Below, piece by piece: positions 1 to 11,325 of a stretch of DNA of 64,000 nucleotides. The stretch is from Octopus sinensis. Taxonomy: Eukaryota. Every line of letters begins with the position of its first letter. Positions within the stretch are counted from its first letter, which is position 1. A model generated the notes under the pieces. It worked only from the letters and a program-made list of their open reading frames with translations. It was not told where the DNA came from and searched no databases. Position numbers and translations under genes: made by a program. The stretch lies in the NCBI RefSeq assembly GCF_006345805.1, contig NC_043011.1, positions 51,472,464-51,536,463 of the forward strand, read 5' to 3'.

Positions 1-5
1 TTAAG

Positions 6-217
6 AGGGCAAGCTGGCAGAATTGTTAGAACACTGGGCAAAATGCTTACAGGCATTTCATCCATCTTTACGTTCTGAGTTCTAATTCTGCCAAGGTTGA
101 CTTTGCCTTTCATCGCTTTGAGGTTAATAAAATAAGTACCAGTTGAACACTGGGGTTGGTGTAATTGACTCCCCCAAAATTCCAGGCCTTGTGCCAAGAG
201 TAGAAAGGATTATTATT
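6..217 (+). mobile_element. tRNA-derived SINE, Meta-domain-like, with (ATT)n tail
   Basis: Head GGCAAGCTGGCAGAATTGTTAG..GTTCTGAGTTCTAATTC, central GACTTTGCCTTTCATC..AATAAGTACCAG, tail GGCCTTGTGCC..GATTATTATT. Many further copies: 4858-5262, 20975-21175, 38685-38917, 41868-42094, 43965-46790, 49905-50105, 59288-59520. Confidence 0.8.
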
Positions 218-222
218 ATTAA

Positions 223-420
223 CATTCTGTTGTGTCTGGGGAGAGTCATTTTCATTGCATCTTGCAACCTTTTCAAGATTCTAAGACTATTGAAAAGGTT
301 GCAAGACGCAACGAAAATTTTAGAAGAATAGAAATAAGAAATGAGTGGAAATTTTACTGGTGCGTTAAATCATAAGGCACAAAAAGAAAATGACTCTCCC
401 CAGACACAACAGAATATGCT
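223..420. mobile_element. Palindromic non-autonomous element (family B), Penelope-terminal-repeat-like; left arm has an internal deletion
   Basis: CATTCTGTTGTGTCTGGGGAGAGTCATTTTC (223-253) is the reverse complement of about 387-417. Inner TTGCATCTTGCAACCTTTTCAA / TTGAAAAGGTTGCAAGACGCAA pair up. Single arms recur at 27575-27712 and 28848-28986. Confidence 0.75.
287..323 (+). ncRNA. Candidate minimal hammerhead ribozyme, U3-A8 covariant core
   Basis: CTA-TTGAAAA-G-GTTGC(AAGAC)GCAAC-GAAA-ATTT/TAG: 5-bp stem II, palindromic AATT stem III, 3-bp stem I (CTA/TAG). Confidence 0.45.
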
Positions 421-766
421 TCAACACACAAACTCATATAAAGAATCTTGCAAGCCAAATCCAAAAACGAAATATTATAAACATTGTTATCACTATGAAA
501 AAGGGAAATATGAGGTAGATTCTCACAAAAGTAAAATGGAAAGGTGGCTGTAAAAGTAAAAGAGCCCCAACTATCATTTAATAACAGTGGATTTCTAATG
601 TGTGACAGTGGTCATCAGGGGTTTGATAGTGAAGATGATGGCTATAAGAAGATTGTAAAGGATCAGGTGCATACATCACTCACTTAAATAGATGTACCCA
701 CACAAAAGTGTTACTGAAACCAAAAATCACAAAAAAAAGAAAAAAAACAAAGCAAAAAAAGCTTAC

Positions 767-861
767 ACAGAAAAGTTTCAGTAAGCATCTGAACTCAAAA
801 GAAGAATCACTATCTAAGCCTACAGCAGGAAAACCATCTGAGCCTGTACCATACTCTCTCT
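767..861 (-). CDS. Probable internal coding exon of an unidentified host gene (xREYGTGSDGFPAVGLDSDSSFEFRCLLKLFC)
   Basis: TTTATACAG acceptor and TGT|GTAAGC donor around 95 bp of non-repetitive sequence with a single open frame (phase 1 to 0). Confidence 0.55.
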
Positions 862-1481
862 CTGTATAAATATATGTATGTATGAAAACATGCATGTATT
901 CATAGACACACACATATATACATTCATACATACATTCACATATAGGCACGTATGTATGTGCACACATACACATCAAGTAAATATGTTGCATATACATTAT
1001 ATATATATATATATGCAAAAACATATATTGTACATATATGTACAAAAACATATGTGTATATAAGTATAGTCTACATATATAATACATATAAAGAGATGTG
1101 TTTGCATATGTATGTAACTAAGTGTGTATGTTCATTGTGTCATTATCAAAAAAGCTGGAAACCTTAGATTTCAATTTATCCGAAATGTGTAGTGCTTAAT
1201 TGATTAATTAATTAATTAATTAAATACACAGCTGTATTATATATACTGTCTTTAATGTTATTTTATCTCTAAAGTCTATATTTATACACGTATATTGTCT
1301 CTTCAGGTTAAATAGGTCTCTCTGCTTAAGTATATCTTACTAGGATGTTCACAATATTAAATATTAACACTTTCACCACATTTAATGAACAATATATCTT
1401 AATCCATTTAAATAGCTATTCAAAAAATGAAATAACAAAAAAAATTACACTTTTTAACGAAAAGTATTGCTATAGTTACAT

Positions 1482-1546
<65 letters not shown>

Positions 1547-1750
1547 AAAGCAGGCTTAGTACATTGTCACTCAAATGTTTAGTTAATTACATTAATCACT
1601 GATTATTTTATTCATTTCTGTAAGTTACACGGCTAAGTTACAGGACATCAACAACAAGACTGGATTTTTAAGCAATGTAAATATGTAAATACAGACATGG
1701 AAAATATATGTAACACTCACACATGCAAATATATATATATATATATATAT

Positions 1751-1981
1751 ACTTATTTAAAAGCAGCAGAAAATTCAACAAAACCTGTTACTCTGAGTTT
1801 CACGTTCCCGTTCGTCGGACAGTTTTTGCTAGAAAAAACTGTCCGACGAACGGAAACATGAAACTCAGAGTAACAAGTTTTGTTGAATTTTCTGCTGCTT
1901 TTAAATAAAGCATATTACTCTACCCCTGGTATTTGAGTACTCTTTTTTCCACCTTGTTTCACATTTATGTGTTTACTCCGG
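1751..1981. mobile_element. Palindromic hammerhead-bearing element (family A) inserted in (TA)n
   Basis: About 78-bp arms 1751-1829 / 1832-1910 form a near-perfect hairpin, followed by AATAAA (1904-1909) and a 70-bp unique tail. (TA)n on both sides. Near-identical copy at 5561-5801. Confidence 0.85.
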
Positions 1982-2020
1982 TATATATATATATATATAT
2001 ACAGTTTTTGCTAGCAAAAA

Positions 2021-2058
2021 CTGTCTGACGAACGGCAACGTGAAACTCAGAGTAACAG
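2021..2058 (+). ncRNA. Minimal type-I hammerhead ribozyme, canonical core (family A half-copy 2001-2092)
   Basis: CTGT-CTGACGA-ACG(GCAA)CGT-GAAA-CTCAGAG-TA/ACAG: stem I CTGT/ACAG, GNRA-capped stem II, self-complementary stem III ACTC-A-GAGT, GUA cleavage triplet ending at 2054. Confidence 0.8.
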
Positions 2059-2090
2059 GTTTTGTTGAATTTTCTGCTGCTTTAAATAAA

Positions 2091-2126
<36 letters not shown>

Positions 2127-2394
2127 CAAAGTAAAAATAATAGTCATTACACTTTTTCTCTATTGCAGTAAATTTGTACATCACTCTTGTGAATCCAGTA
2201 TAAACTGGAGTACAAACCACAGATTCACAATATAGAATGGTGATAAACAATAACCTTGGACCCTGCCACAAAAATAAGCGGAGTTCTTTACTAATCTCAA
2301 AAATACTGTTAACCTGGTGTACTAACAGAGAACTTATAAAGTATTTTGTCTGGATTGATAATCCCTCACTAATAACTCTCTCTCTAGGTGTATA

Positions 2395-2451
<57 letters not shown>

Positions 2452-3155
2452 CAGAATTATAATTTTTATTCTGTTTTTCTTTTGCATACTCTAAGTATGT
2501 TTCACAAAGTTTAGTGGCTGTGTACTCTGAAAAAGACAAGTCGGTTAATGGTGAAAATAAAACTAAAATTTTGTAACATTTTATAGTCTTCTTTCTAAGT
2601 TGTTAAATTGTTATCTCCAATGTTTACAACATGGCCATCCATAGAAATTTTTTTAAAAGAGAAAATAACAGTATGGGTTAAGCATGTCCTTACCACACAC
2701 ACACATACATATATACACACACTCATGTATATATGTATGTATATATACTCACACACACATATATATATATATACACACATGTATATATGTATGTATATAT
2801 ACTCACACACAAGAACATGCATTAAATAAATATGATATGCAGAAACCTGTCACTGCCAATGTTATCTTTAAGATAGTATGTTCAGACTAGCATGTATTTA
2901 GCATACCCCACCACATACAAACATAAACACACAAATATATACAACCAACACGTATACACACTATCATATGTATTGAGTACTCTTTGAGCTGCTTGTAATT
3001 CTGTATAAATCCTGTTATATGTATGTGTTGAGTTGTCCTTCCCTAGTTTGTAACCTAATATATATATATATAATCAGGAGAAAACAGAATGAAGGAGAAT
3101 AAGCGGAGGTTGATACACAGGGAGAGACAAGACTGAGATAGATAGATAGTGAGAG

Positions 3156-3220
<65 letters not shown>

Positions 3221-3279
3221 TTAAAGAAGGTAAGAAAAGAGGGAAATAAAAGAAAAGCATATAAATAGATAGTGAGCGG

Positions 3280-3720
3280 AGAAAAGGTTTTTAATATAAA
3301 GTAAGAATGTATGAGATGTATAGAGAGTTAGAGAAGAGAAAGAGAGAGAGAGTGAGAAGTAGAAAGTGAGAGAGAGAAGTAGAAAGAGCAGTAAGAGGGG
3401 GAAGAGAGGGAGAGAGAGCGAAAGATAAAGGAGTAGACAGAGAGAGAGAGAGAGAGAGTGCGAAAGAGAGAGCATAAAAGAGAGAGAGAAAGAGAGAGAG
3501 CATGAGAGAGAGAGAGAGAGAGAGTGCGAAAGAGAGAGAGCATGAGAGGGAGAGAGAGAGCATGAGAGAGAGAGTGTGAAAGAGAGAGAGTGCGAAAGAG
3601 AGAGAGCATGAGAGAGAGAGAGAGAGTGCGAAAGAGAGAGAGCATGAGATGGAGAGAGAGAGCATGAGAGAGAAAGGGAGAGAGAGTGCGAAAGAGAGAG
3701 AGAGAGAGAGAGAGAGAAAG
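3280..3720. repeat. Compound (GA)n minisatellite
   Basis: Recurrent units GAGAGAGAGCATGAGAGAG..GTGCGAAA. Confidence 0.9.
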
Positions 3721-4469
3721 TGAGCTTCTGAACTCGATTTTTCTCCCCATATTTTTTAACAAGATTGTCAACCAGTCAACCACCAATATATATTCCACAC
3801 TTTGTTTTCCTCTTTTCCTCCGCCTTCCACATTTCCCTGCCACCACCACCACCACCCACCACCACCACCACCACCACCATCACTGCCGCCGCCATCGCCG
3901 ATCAGTCCTTTAGTCCTTTAAGCTCCTCCTGTCAGCCAGCAGCACCAGCCACTCCTACAAGCCATCCGCTCTCCTTTGGGTCCTGCGCCATTCCTTCTGT
4001 TTCTCCCTTTTAGGAAGGCGGAGGAGGAGGAGGAGGAGGAAGGGGGGAAGGTCACTGCAAGCTTCGTGAAGCAATCCATTGCTGTTTCTGTTTCACTATT
4101 ATATAAATGACCCCTGTAGCCATCGGCACCCCCCCCCCCAACCAACAACCAGCGCAGCCATAACCACCACCACCACCACCACCACAACCACTACTGACAA
4201 AATATCATTACAATATATGAGCCAACCCTGTTACTACCATAACTACTACAGCTGCTGTTACTCTGTCCACCACAATGACCACTACCACTACTGCAGCCAC
4301 TATTACCAAACTGTCAAAACACAACACAAAACCCATTCACATTTCTACCACAACAATGTCACTGCCTTTAACATCACCGATATCAAACCATGACCAACGC
4401 CACTATGTTCACACAGTCGCAAATGCCAACACCAGGAGTTGACAAGAGAGCTTATATGTGGTCACATTG

Positions 4470-4680
4470 CCAGCTAGAAACAGCAACCAAATCTCTCTCA
4501 TGTCACATCGTATTATCTTAAAAAAAAAAAAAAGAAAGCAAAAAAACATGAAGGATGCAATGGATAATGATGTAGTTTTAAATAGGTAGAAAAAATGTGG
4601 GATGGTCATAGTTGGAATAACTGATTTTATGTCTGCTTGACCAGCATTTACTTGGGACTAAACAACATCATTAACACATT
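4470..4680 (+). mobile_element. Unclassified dispersed repeat (TAGAAATAGCAGCCAAATCTC..GGGATGGTCATGGCTGG..GGGGCTAAACAACAAC)
   Basis: Degenerate copies at about 6540-6960, 12400-12600, 32330-32620, 43000-43450, 50240-50400 and 51770-51940. Confidence 0.6.
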
Positions 4681-5529
4681 CACACTGCTAACACCATTAC
4701 CACTAAATTAATTACTACAATCATCATCAAGCCAATCACAACCAGACCATTCAACAACAACCACCAACAACACCAACATCACTACCTCACATTAAACTGT
4801 TGCCCAGCCCTATGCCACTGCTAATAACACCAACTCTTATACTTTTACTAACAAATATTGGTTTCAAATTTTGGCACAAGGCCAGCATTTCAGGGAATGG
4901 GGTAAGTTGATTACATTGACCCCAGAGCTCAACTGGTACTTATTTTATCAACCCCAAAAGGATGAAAGGCAAAGTTGATCTCAGTGGAATTTGAACCAAG
5001 AATGTAAGGATGAATGAAATGTCACTAAGTATTCTGCTTGGCATGCTAATGATTCTGCCACCTTGCAGCCTTACTACTAACTAAAACTGGTTTCAGTTTT
5101 TGACACAGAGCCAGCAATTATGGGGGTGGGTGGTAAGTCGATTACACTGACTCCAGTGTTCAACTGGTATCTATTTTATTGATCCTGAAAGGATGAAAGG
5201 TAAAGTTGACCTTGTCAGCATTTGAACTCAGAATGTAAAGACAGACAAAATGCTGTAGCCACAGGGACCCTTTACTCTGGTCCTGTAGAGAACATGGCAA
5301 CCTTTCTAGTAGTGGTGCCTTGGAAAATTGCACCCAGTACATTCTGTAAAGTGGTTGGCATTAGTAATGCATGTAGCTATAAAAAAAAATGCCAAATGAA
5401 AATGGATGAGAGAGGTATGGTAAGCAGGTAGTAACCTCAAATAAGAACTGACTCACCATTTCATGTCTGCTTTAGATGGGATTCATCTGATCCATGCCAG
5501 CAATGGAAAGTGGATGTATAATGATAATG

Positions 5530-5560
<31 letters not shown>

Positions 5561-5562
<2 letters not shown>

Positions 5563-5801
5563 CTTTATTTAAAGCAGCAGAAAATTCAACAAAACCTGTT
5601 ACTCTGAGTTTCCCGTTGCCGTTCATCGGACAGTTTTTGTTGAATTTTGCTAGCAAAAACTGTCCGATGAACGGCAACGGGAAACTCAGAGTAACAGGTT
5701 TTGTTGAATTTTCTGCTGCTTTAAATAAAGCATATTACTCTACCACTGGTATTTGAGTACTCTTTTTTCCACCTTGTTTCACATTTATGTGTTTACTCCG
5801 G
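5561..5801. mobile_element. Family A palindromic element with CCGATGA (U4C) hammerhead motifs on both strands
   Basis: Same arms and tail as 1751-1981. Plus-strand core at 5664-5670, GAAA at 5681-5684, GTA at 5691-5693, mirrored on the minus strand. Flanked by (TA)n. Confidence 0.85.
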
Positions 5802-6404
5802 TATATATATATGCATCAATACAGTGGCTCATAAAAATATATATGCAATTGCTGAACCAAACAATCTTTTGCAGCATCATACAGCTTAGCACTGATTTAG
5901 GCAATGATAACAGGAAAACATTGCCAGACGGCTCAGGCATTGGGGATTTCCCACAGAATACACAAAATACAGATGTGTGTATGTGTCTCTATGTATGCAT
6001 ATACATATCCGCATACATAGATATAGACACATTCACATACATACTTATTTATATACATAGACAAGAGTATTTTATACATACATGTATTATTACATTTATG
6101 AACATATACTGAATACCTATGCATACACAAAAACACATACAGACATACATACATATGATTGCATACCTTCATATTGACTTACACCAAAACAGACATACAT
6201 AACAATGCACAGAAACACACTCATGGCAATACGTGAGCATACAAGTGGGTTAATTCACACAAGCAAGTTAAATGCTAAACAATACACACAAACCATGTAC
6301 AGTTATCAATGTTTTAGATACCAGATAATGTGTAAAAACAACAAATACACACACATGCACACATGTACTCACTCACTCGCATGCATACATACATGCATAC
6401 ATGA

Positions 6405-6436
<32 letters not shown>

Positions 6437-8585
6437 TATCTCCTTCTGAGGTTTCTTCCTTTTACTCAATGACAGAGCCAAGCTACAAATTGCAGTCACA
6501 TCTCTCTCCCAAATTACATCCTGCTGTTTGAAAAAGGGAACATATTTGGATGATGGGGTTCACAGTAGGCTGTGCAAGAAAATGGATGGGATAATCAAGG
6601 CTGGAATGTTTTCTACTGTAAGTTTGTTTGATTAGGGATGACTTGAGTCAAAACAATAATTGAAACAACAACAACAAACCAATGGGAAAGCCTCTGTGTG
6701 GTTGCTTGACATGCTATACATAACAGCTAGATCTTTCACAAGTCACACATCATATTGTGTTAAAAAGAAATGATTCACTGAAAGATATATTGCCAATAAT
6801 ATACCAGACAGACAGGATGCTCATGGCTGCATTGCCTTTCATTATATCTTTTCGACCAGGGCAGATATAGTGAAAGTAGTGTCTATGCTATTGACTGACC
6901 TGCTAGAAATAACAGTCAAAGCTTGATTCTATCACATGCAATTGCTTTCAAAAATGAGGAATACATTCAAGAATGTAGTCACTTCTCTGTAAAGTGATGA
7001 TAATCATGGCCAGTAGACTTTGATCACAAGTTTGCTTAATTAGAGTCGACATGAGGCTAAACAACACTGACTATAATTGTATTAAGCCAACAAGGAATCT
7101 TCTCGGACTGAATCTCAATCTTTCCTCTGTCATTTTCTCTTTTGGCTTCATATATTTCCTCATTTAGCGCTACTTATTTCCATAGACAAACATCCACTAA
7201 ATAATTGCTATATATAAAAACTCAATATCACTGGTAAAATGCTATCTTTAGGAAAATAAGTTAGTGGCAATATACATATGTGTGTGTGTGTGTGCATGTT
7301 TGTGTGTGTATATATACATACATACACACACATATATACATGTGTGTATATACATGTATACATGTATTTCTATAATTATATATCTATATACACACACATA
7401 TATACATGTGTGTGTATATATATTTATATAAGTATACATATACACAGACACACATACATATATGTATGTGTGTAACACACTTAAACACACACATACGCGC
7501 ATAATTTATACTACACAAAACAAAAGCAGAGAGAAAATCATTAGTTGATAACACATCTCTCTTATTATAGAATATCCCCCCAGAAAAACTAGAAGATTAG
7601 TCACGGAAGTGATATTAATAGCAAAACATAATGCAAAACTCTATAGACAGATTGCACATCCGTAATATTACTATTAGCAGACATCAGGGCTAAACTGCTT
7701 CCTGATTACTGAAAGAAACTTGATGTGAACACTCAGAGAGTTTAAAGTTTAGTGATAATGAATGAGGAATACAAACACATACACAATATCTGTCCTATGA
7801 TTATCACACAGAATGACTAACAACTGCTACTTCATAACCATCTCTTTGACAAGATTAAACCGGAAAAGTCTAGGAACATATTTACAAATCCAGGATATTT
7901 AGTGTTCTGAACAGAACACAGAAATGAATCAGAAAGATATGAAAACTTAATAAAAATGAATGCATTTGAGTTTTCAATATTATATGGTTAACCCTGTTCA
8001 GATGTAAATATTTTCCATGGGTCAAATACAGACACCATTTTCGTCCCTGGCATGAATAAGATCCCTAAAAACTGTAATATGAAAGGGTGTTTGAAATAAT
8101 ACCCATACTGTATTGCTCGCATGTGGGTTAACTAGCGATGCATTTGGGTCTTAGGTAGAGGGTTCTGTTTGAAAAATATATTGCAGTCTCTGCCCAATAA
8201 TAATACAACCAGCAATAAGCCTGCAACTTGTACCAGTAGGTGTGGAGTGGGAGTCCCAGGACTATGAAGTGGGTCCAGGAAGGAATAACTGTTAGTGATT
8301 GGAAAAGGAACAGTTGCATCTGATAGGACCCTATGGGGGAGGTGCCTGAGGACTTTGTCCTCACAACACTCCTAACAATAGTGGGTGGAGAAAATGGATG
8401 AATGGTGATGTAAATATTTGTGTAATGTGTACATATAGCTATGTGGTTAAGAAGCTTCAATTCAAGCACAAGATTTCAGGTTCAATTTCACTGCATGATC
8501 TTTTGGGCAGACTATGGCATGAATTTAGCAGATAGAAACTGTTCTGAAAACTGTTGCGCTATATATATATATATATTATATATTA

Positions 8586-8616
<31 letters not shown>

Positions 8617-8691
8617 GTATATATATATATATATATATAATAATAAATATAGGGAATATATCCAAATTTACAGGGAAAAAAATCAGATTTA

Positions 8692-8731
<40 letters not shown>

Positions 8732-10397
8732 GGCACTTATAATATTATGGGTGTGTACTTTATTATAAAAGACAATACCCAAAAAAATCTGTCAATTCAA
8801 CATACAAATAAAAAACAAAAACAAAGGGATCTTAAACATTCACACATACATACAAAACTCAATAAAAACACCACTAAATAACACCCAAAAAACATATAAA
8901 TATATCCTCAAAATACATATAACAAATGCAAATAAAATACATAATAAAATAAAATAAATAAAAATAAAATAAAAAATAAAAAATCTAATATAAATTATTA
9001 AAGTTTTAACGTACCATAAACTGCTAAATTAATATACATTAAAATGAACTAATTAAATCAAAGAAATATCAATAAAGACTAACTATAATTAAATCCTAGA
9101 CAACATAACCAAAAATATATCATCTAAACTAATTTAAACTAAACTAAAATAACCTAAAAGGGAACTATTATTGCTATTTATCATGAAACTTATTATATAA
9201 GTAAAGTACTTGTGTCTACATTTTATTTTGCGCTCCTCCCCAGTATTAAGTAAATATCATACTTATAAAATAAAATTTCTTTAAACTCATTAGAGCATAA
9301 ATAACACACAATTAGCTCCTATATTATATGATTTAGTTTTACAAATTATTTCCCATATTAAACTATAATTAATATTTAGTGATTTAAGACTCCAAATATA
9401 CTTACTAAGTCCGTTTGAGTTGATTAAGTTTTTTATTTTTAAAAGAATTCATATTTTGTGCAATTCTTAGTTTTATTTTTGAGGAAGTAGAACCTATATA
9501 AACCCGCTTTTTTGTAATTATTTCTTAAAGTTATTATCATGTAATGTAACTATACATTTTATACACTACATCGTTAATATCACAATTATTATTTAATATA
9601 CAATTAGATTTATCTCTACATGTACAATTAATATAAGTCTTATCATTATTAATATTATTATCAAATAATTTCTTTTTATAAAAAATTATTCAGTTTATAT
9701 TTATTAAATGAAGAAATAATGTTACCAACATTATTAGTGGTAGAGTAACCTACTCCAAAATTATTAAAAGAGAAAATGTTTCTATATTTAATGATTATCT
9801 CTAATAAATAGTTCTATAACATCTAAAATCTCTTTAATAATTTCGTTTTAAACTTGATCTCCATAAGGAACTATTAACCAATTTTATTCTTCTTATTAAC
9901 CTTATTATTATTATCAATATTATAAATATATTTATAATTCTTTATTTTATTAAAATTATTATCAGAATTATATCTATGTACAGCATTTAAGGAATTATTA
10001 ATATTATTAAATTTATCATATAATTATTATAATAATATTATTAAATTTTATTTTTATTTTATATTCTTATTTATATTATTATTATATATTTATTATTATT
10101 ATTATTATTCTTATTTATATTTTTATCATTTTTAATTATTTTTTTATAATATCTATTATTTTTTACCACTAAACGTAACAAAATTATAATTATTATTAGA
10201 AGTATCTCGAAAATTATCATTTAAATCATTATCGCTAATATTATAAAATTTAATATTCTTATTATAACCTGCCCCTCTAAGGCCTCATTATAATAATTAG
10301 CATGTTTATTAAAAATCTCTATATCATAAGAGAGTAATGAAATACGTTACTTATATTATTAATTATATTTTAAATTTTGATTTTTTAGATTGGAAGT

Positions 10398-10440
10398 CCA
10401 CCTGAAGATTGTCGATCAAGACAAGAAACGATTGTAGTGG
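10398..10440 (+). ncRNA. Minimal type-I hammerhead ribozyme, canonical core
   Basis: CCAC-CTGAAGA-TTGTC(GATCAA)GACAA-GAAA-C(GATT)G-TA/GTGG: perfect 4-bp stem I, perfect 5-bp stem II, GUA site ending at 10436. Confidence 0.85.
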
Positions 10441-10539
10441 CGGTTTTTTTTGACTATTTATATTAAATTTTTATGTATTGATTAAGTCTTTCCTTGTTTG
10501 TTTTTGCAAAATAGTGGTTTGTGCTCAAATAATATTTTA

Positions 10540-10555
10540 TAATATATATTATATG

Positions 10556-10590
<35 letters not shown>

Positions 10591-10603
10591 ATATATATAT
10601 ATA

Positions 10604-10636
<33 letters not shown>

Positions 10637-10643
10637 TATGTAT

Positions 10644-10674
<31 letters not shown>

Positions 10675-10695
10675 GTTATAATATGTTATTATATA

Positions 10696-10786
<91 letters not shown>

Positions 10787-10790
10787 ATAT

Positions 10791-10884
<94 letters not shown>

Positions 10885-10972
10885 ATATATTGTATATATA
10901 TATATATATATGTATATATTATATAATATAATATATATATATATATACATATATTATACAATACATATATAC

Positions 10973-11015
<43 letters not shown>
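10540..11015. repeat. Long interrupted (TA)n array
   Basis: About 475 bp of TA dinucleotide repeat. Confidence 0.95.
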
Positions 11016-11199
11016 GGTAAACAGTAAAATTAATTACAGACATGGACAAGAACATGAAACACCACAGAGACGACACAAGAACCACAGGACGGGACATTCG
11101 AAGCCCTCAGTCATCAGTCAAGAACCAGATCATATATATATACACACACACACATATGCATATATATATACACAGACAGACAGACAGATAGTTCAAACT

Positions 11200-11325
11200 T
11201 ACAGAAAACAAAAGACAAAGACAGGTGTAGGAACAACAAGCAGGTGTATTAGTTTAACACTTGGGAAGAATGGAGAAGTCGTTTACATTTTGAGCCTGTG
11301 CACTTCGACAGAAAGGATTAAGAGG
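11200..11325 (-). mobile_element. Penelope-terminal-like repeat (family D), degenerate
   Basis: Homologous to 63820-63930. Minus strand reads CTTT-CTGTCGA-A-GTGC(ACAG)GCTC-AAAA-TGTA. Confidence 0.55.

Noticed and set aside
2047-2487. 146-aa minus-strand ORF crossing unique sequence
   Set aside because: No recognisable domain or convincing donor site; it starts and ends in repeats.
8128-8469. Possible Penelope GIY-YIG remnant (Y..C.LY...ET)
   Set aside because: The similarity is too weak to call by eye.
8700-10380. Mitochondrial insertion (NUMT)
   Set aside because: The composition is mito-like, but I could not read any cox, nad, atp, rRNA or mt-tRNA motif on either strand.
11030-11130. Minus-strand CTGATGA..GAAT hammerhead-like motif
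   Set aside because: GAAT instead of GAAA, and no stem I or clean stem II pairing. It is probably a repeat terminus, but the ribozyme is unsupported.
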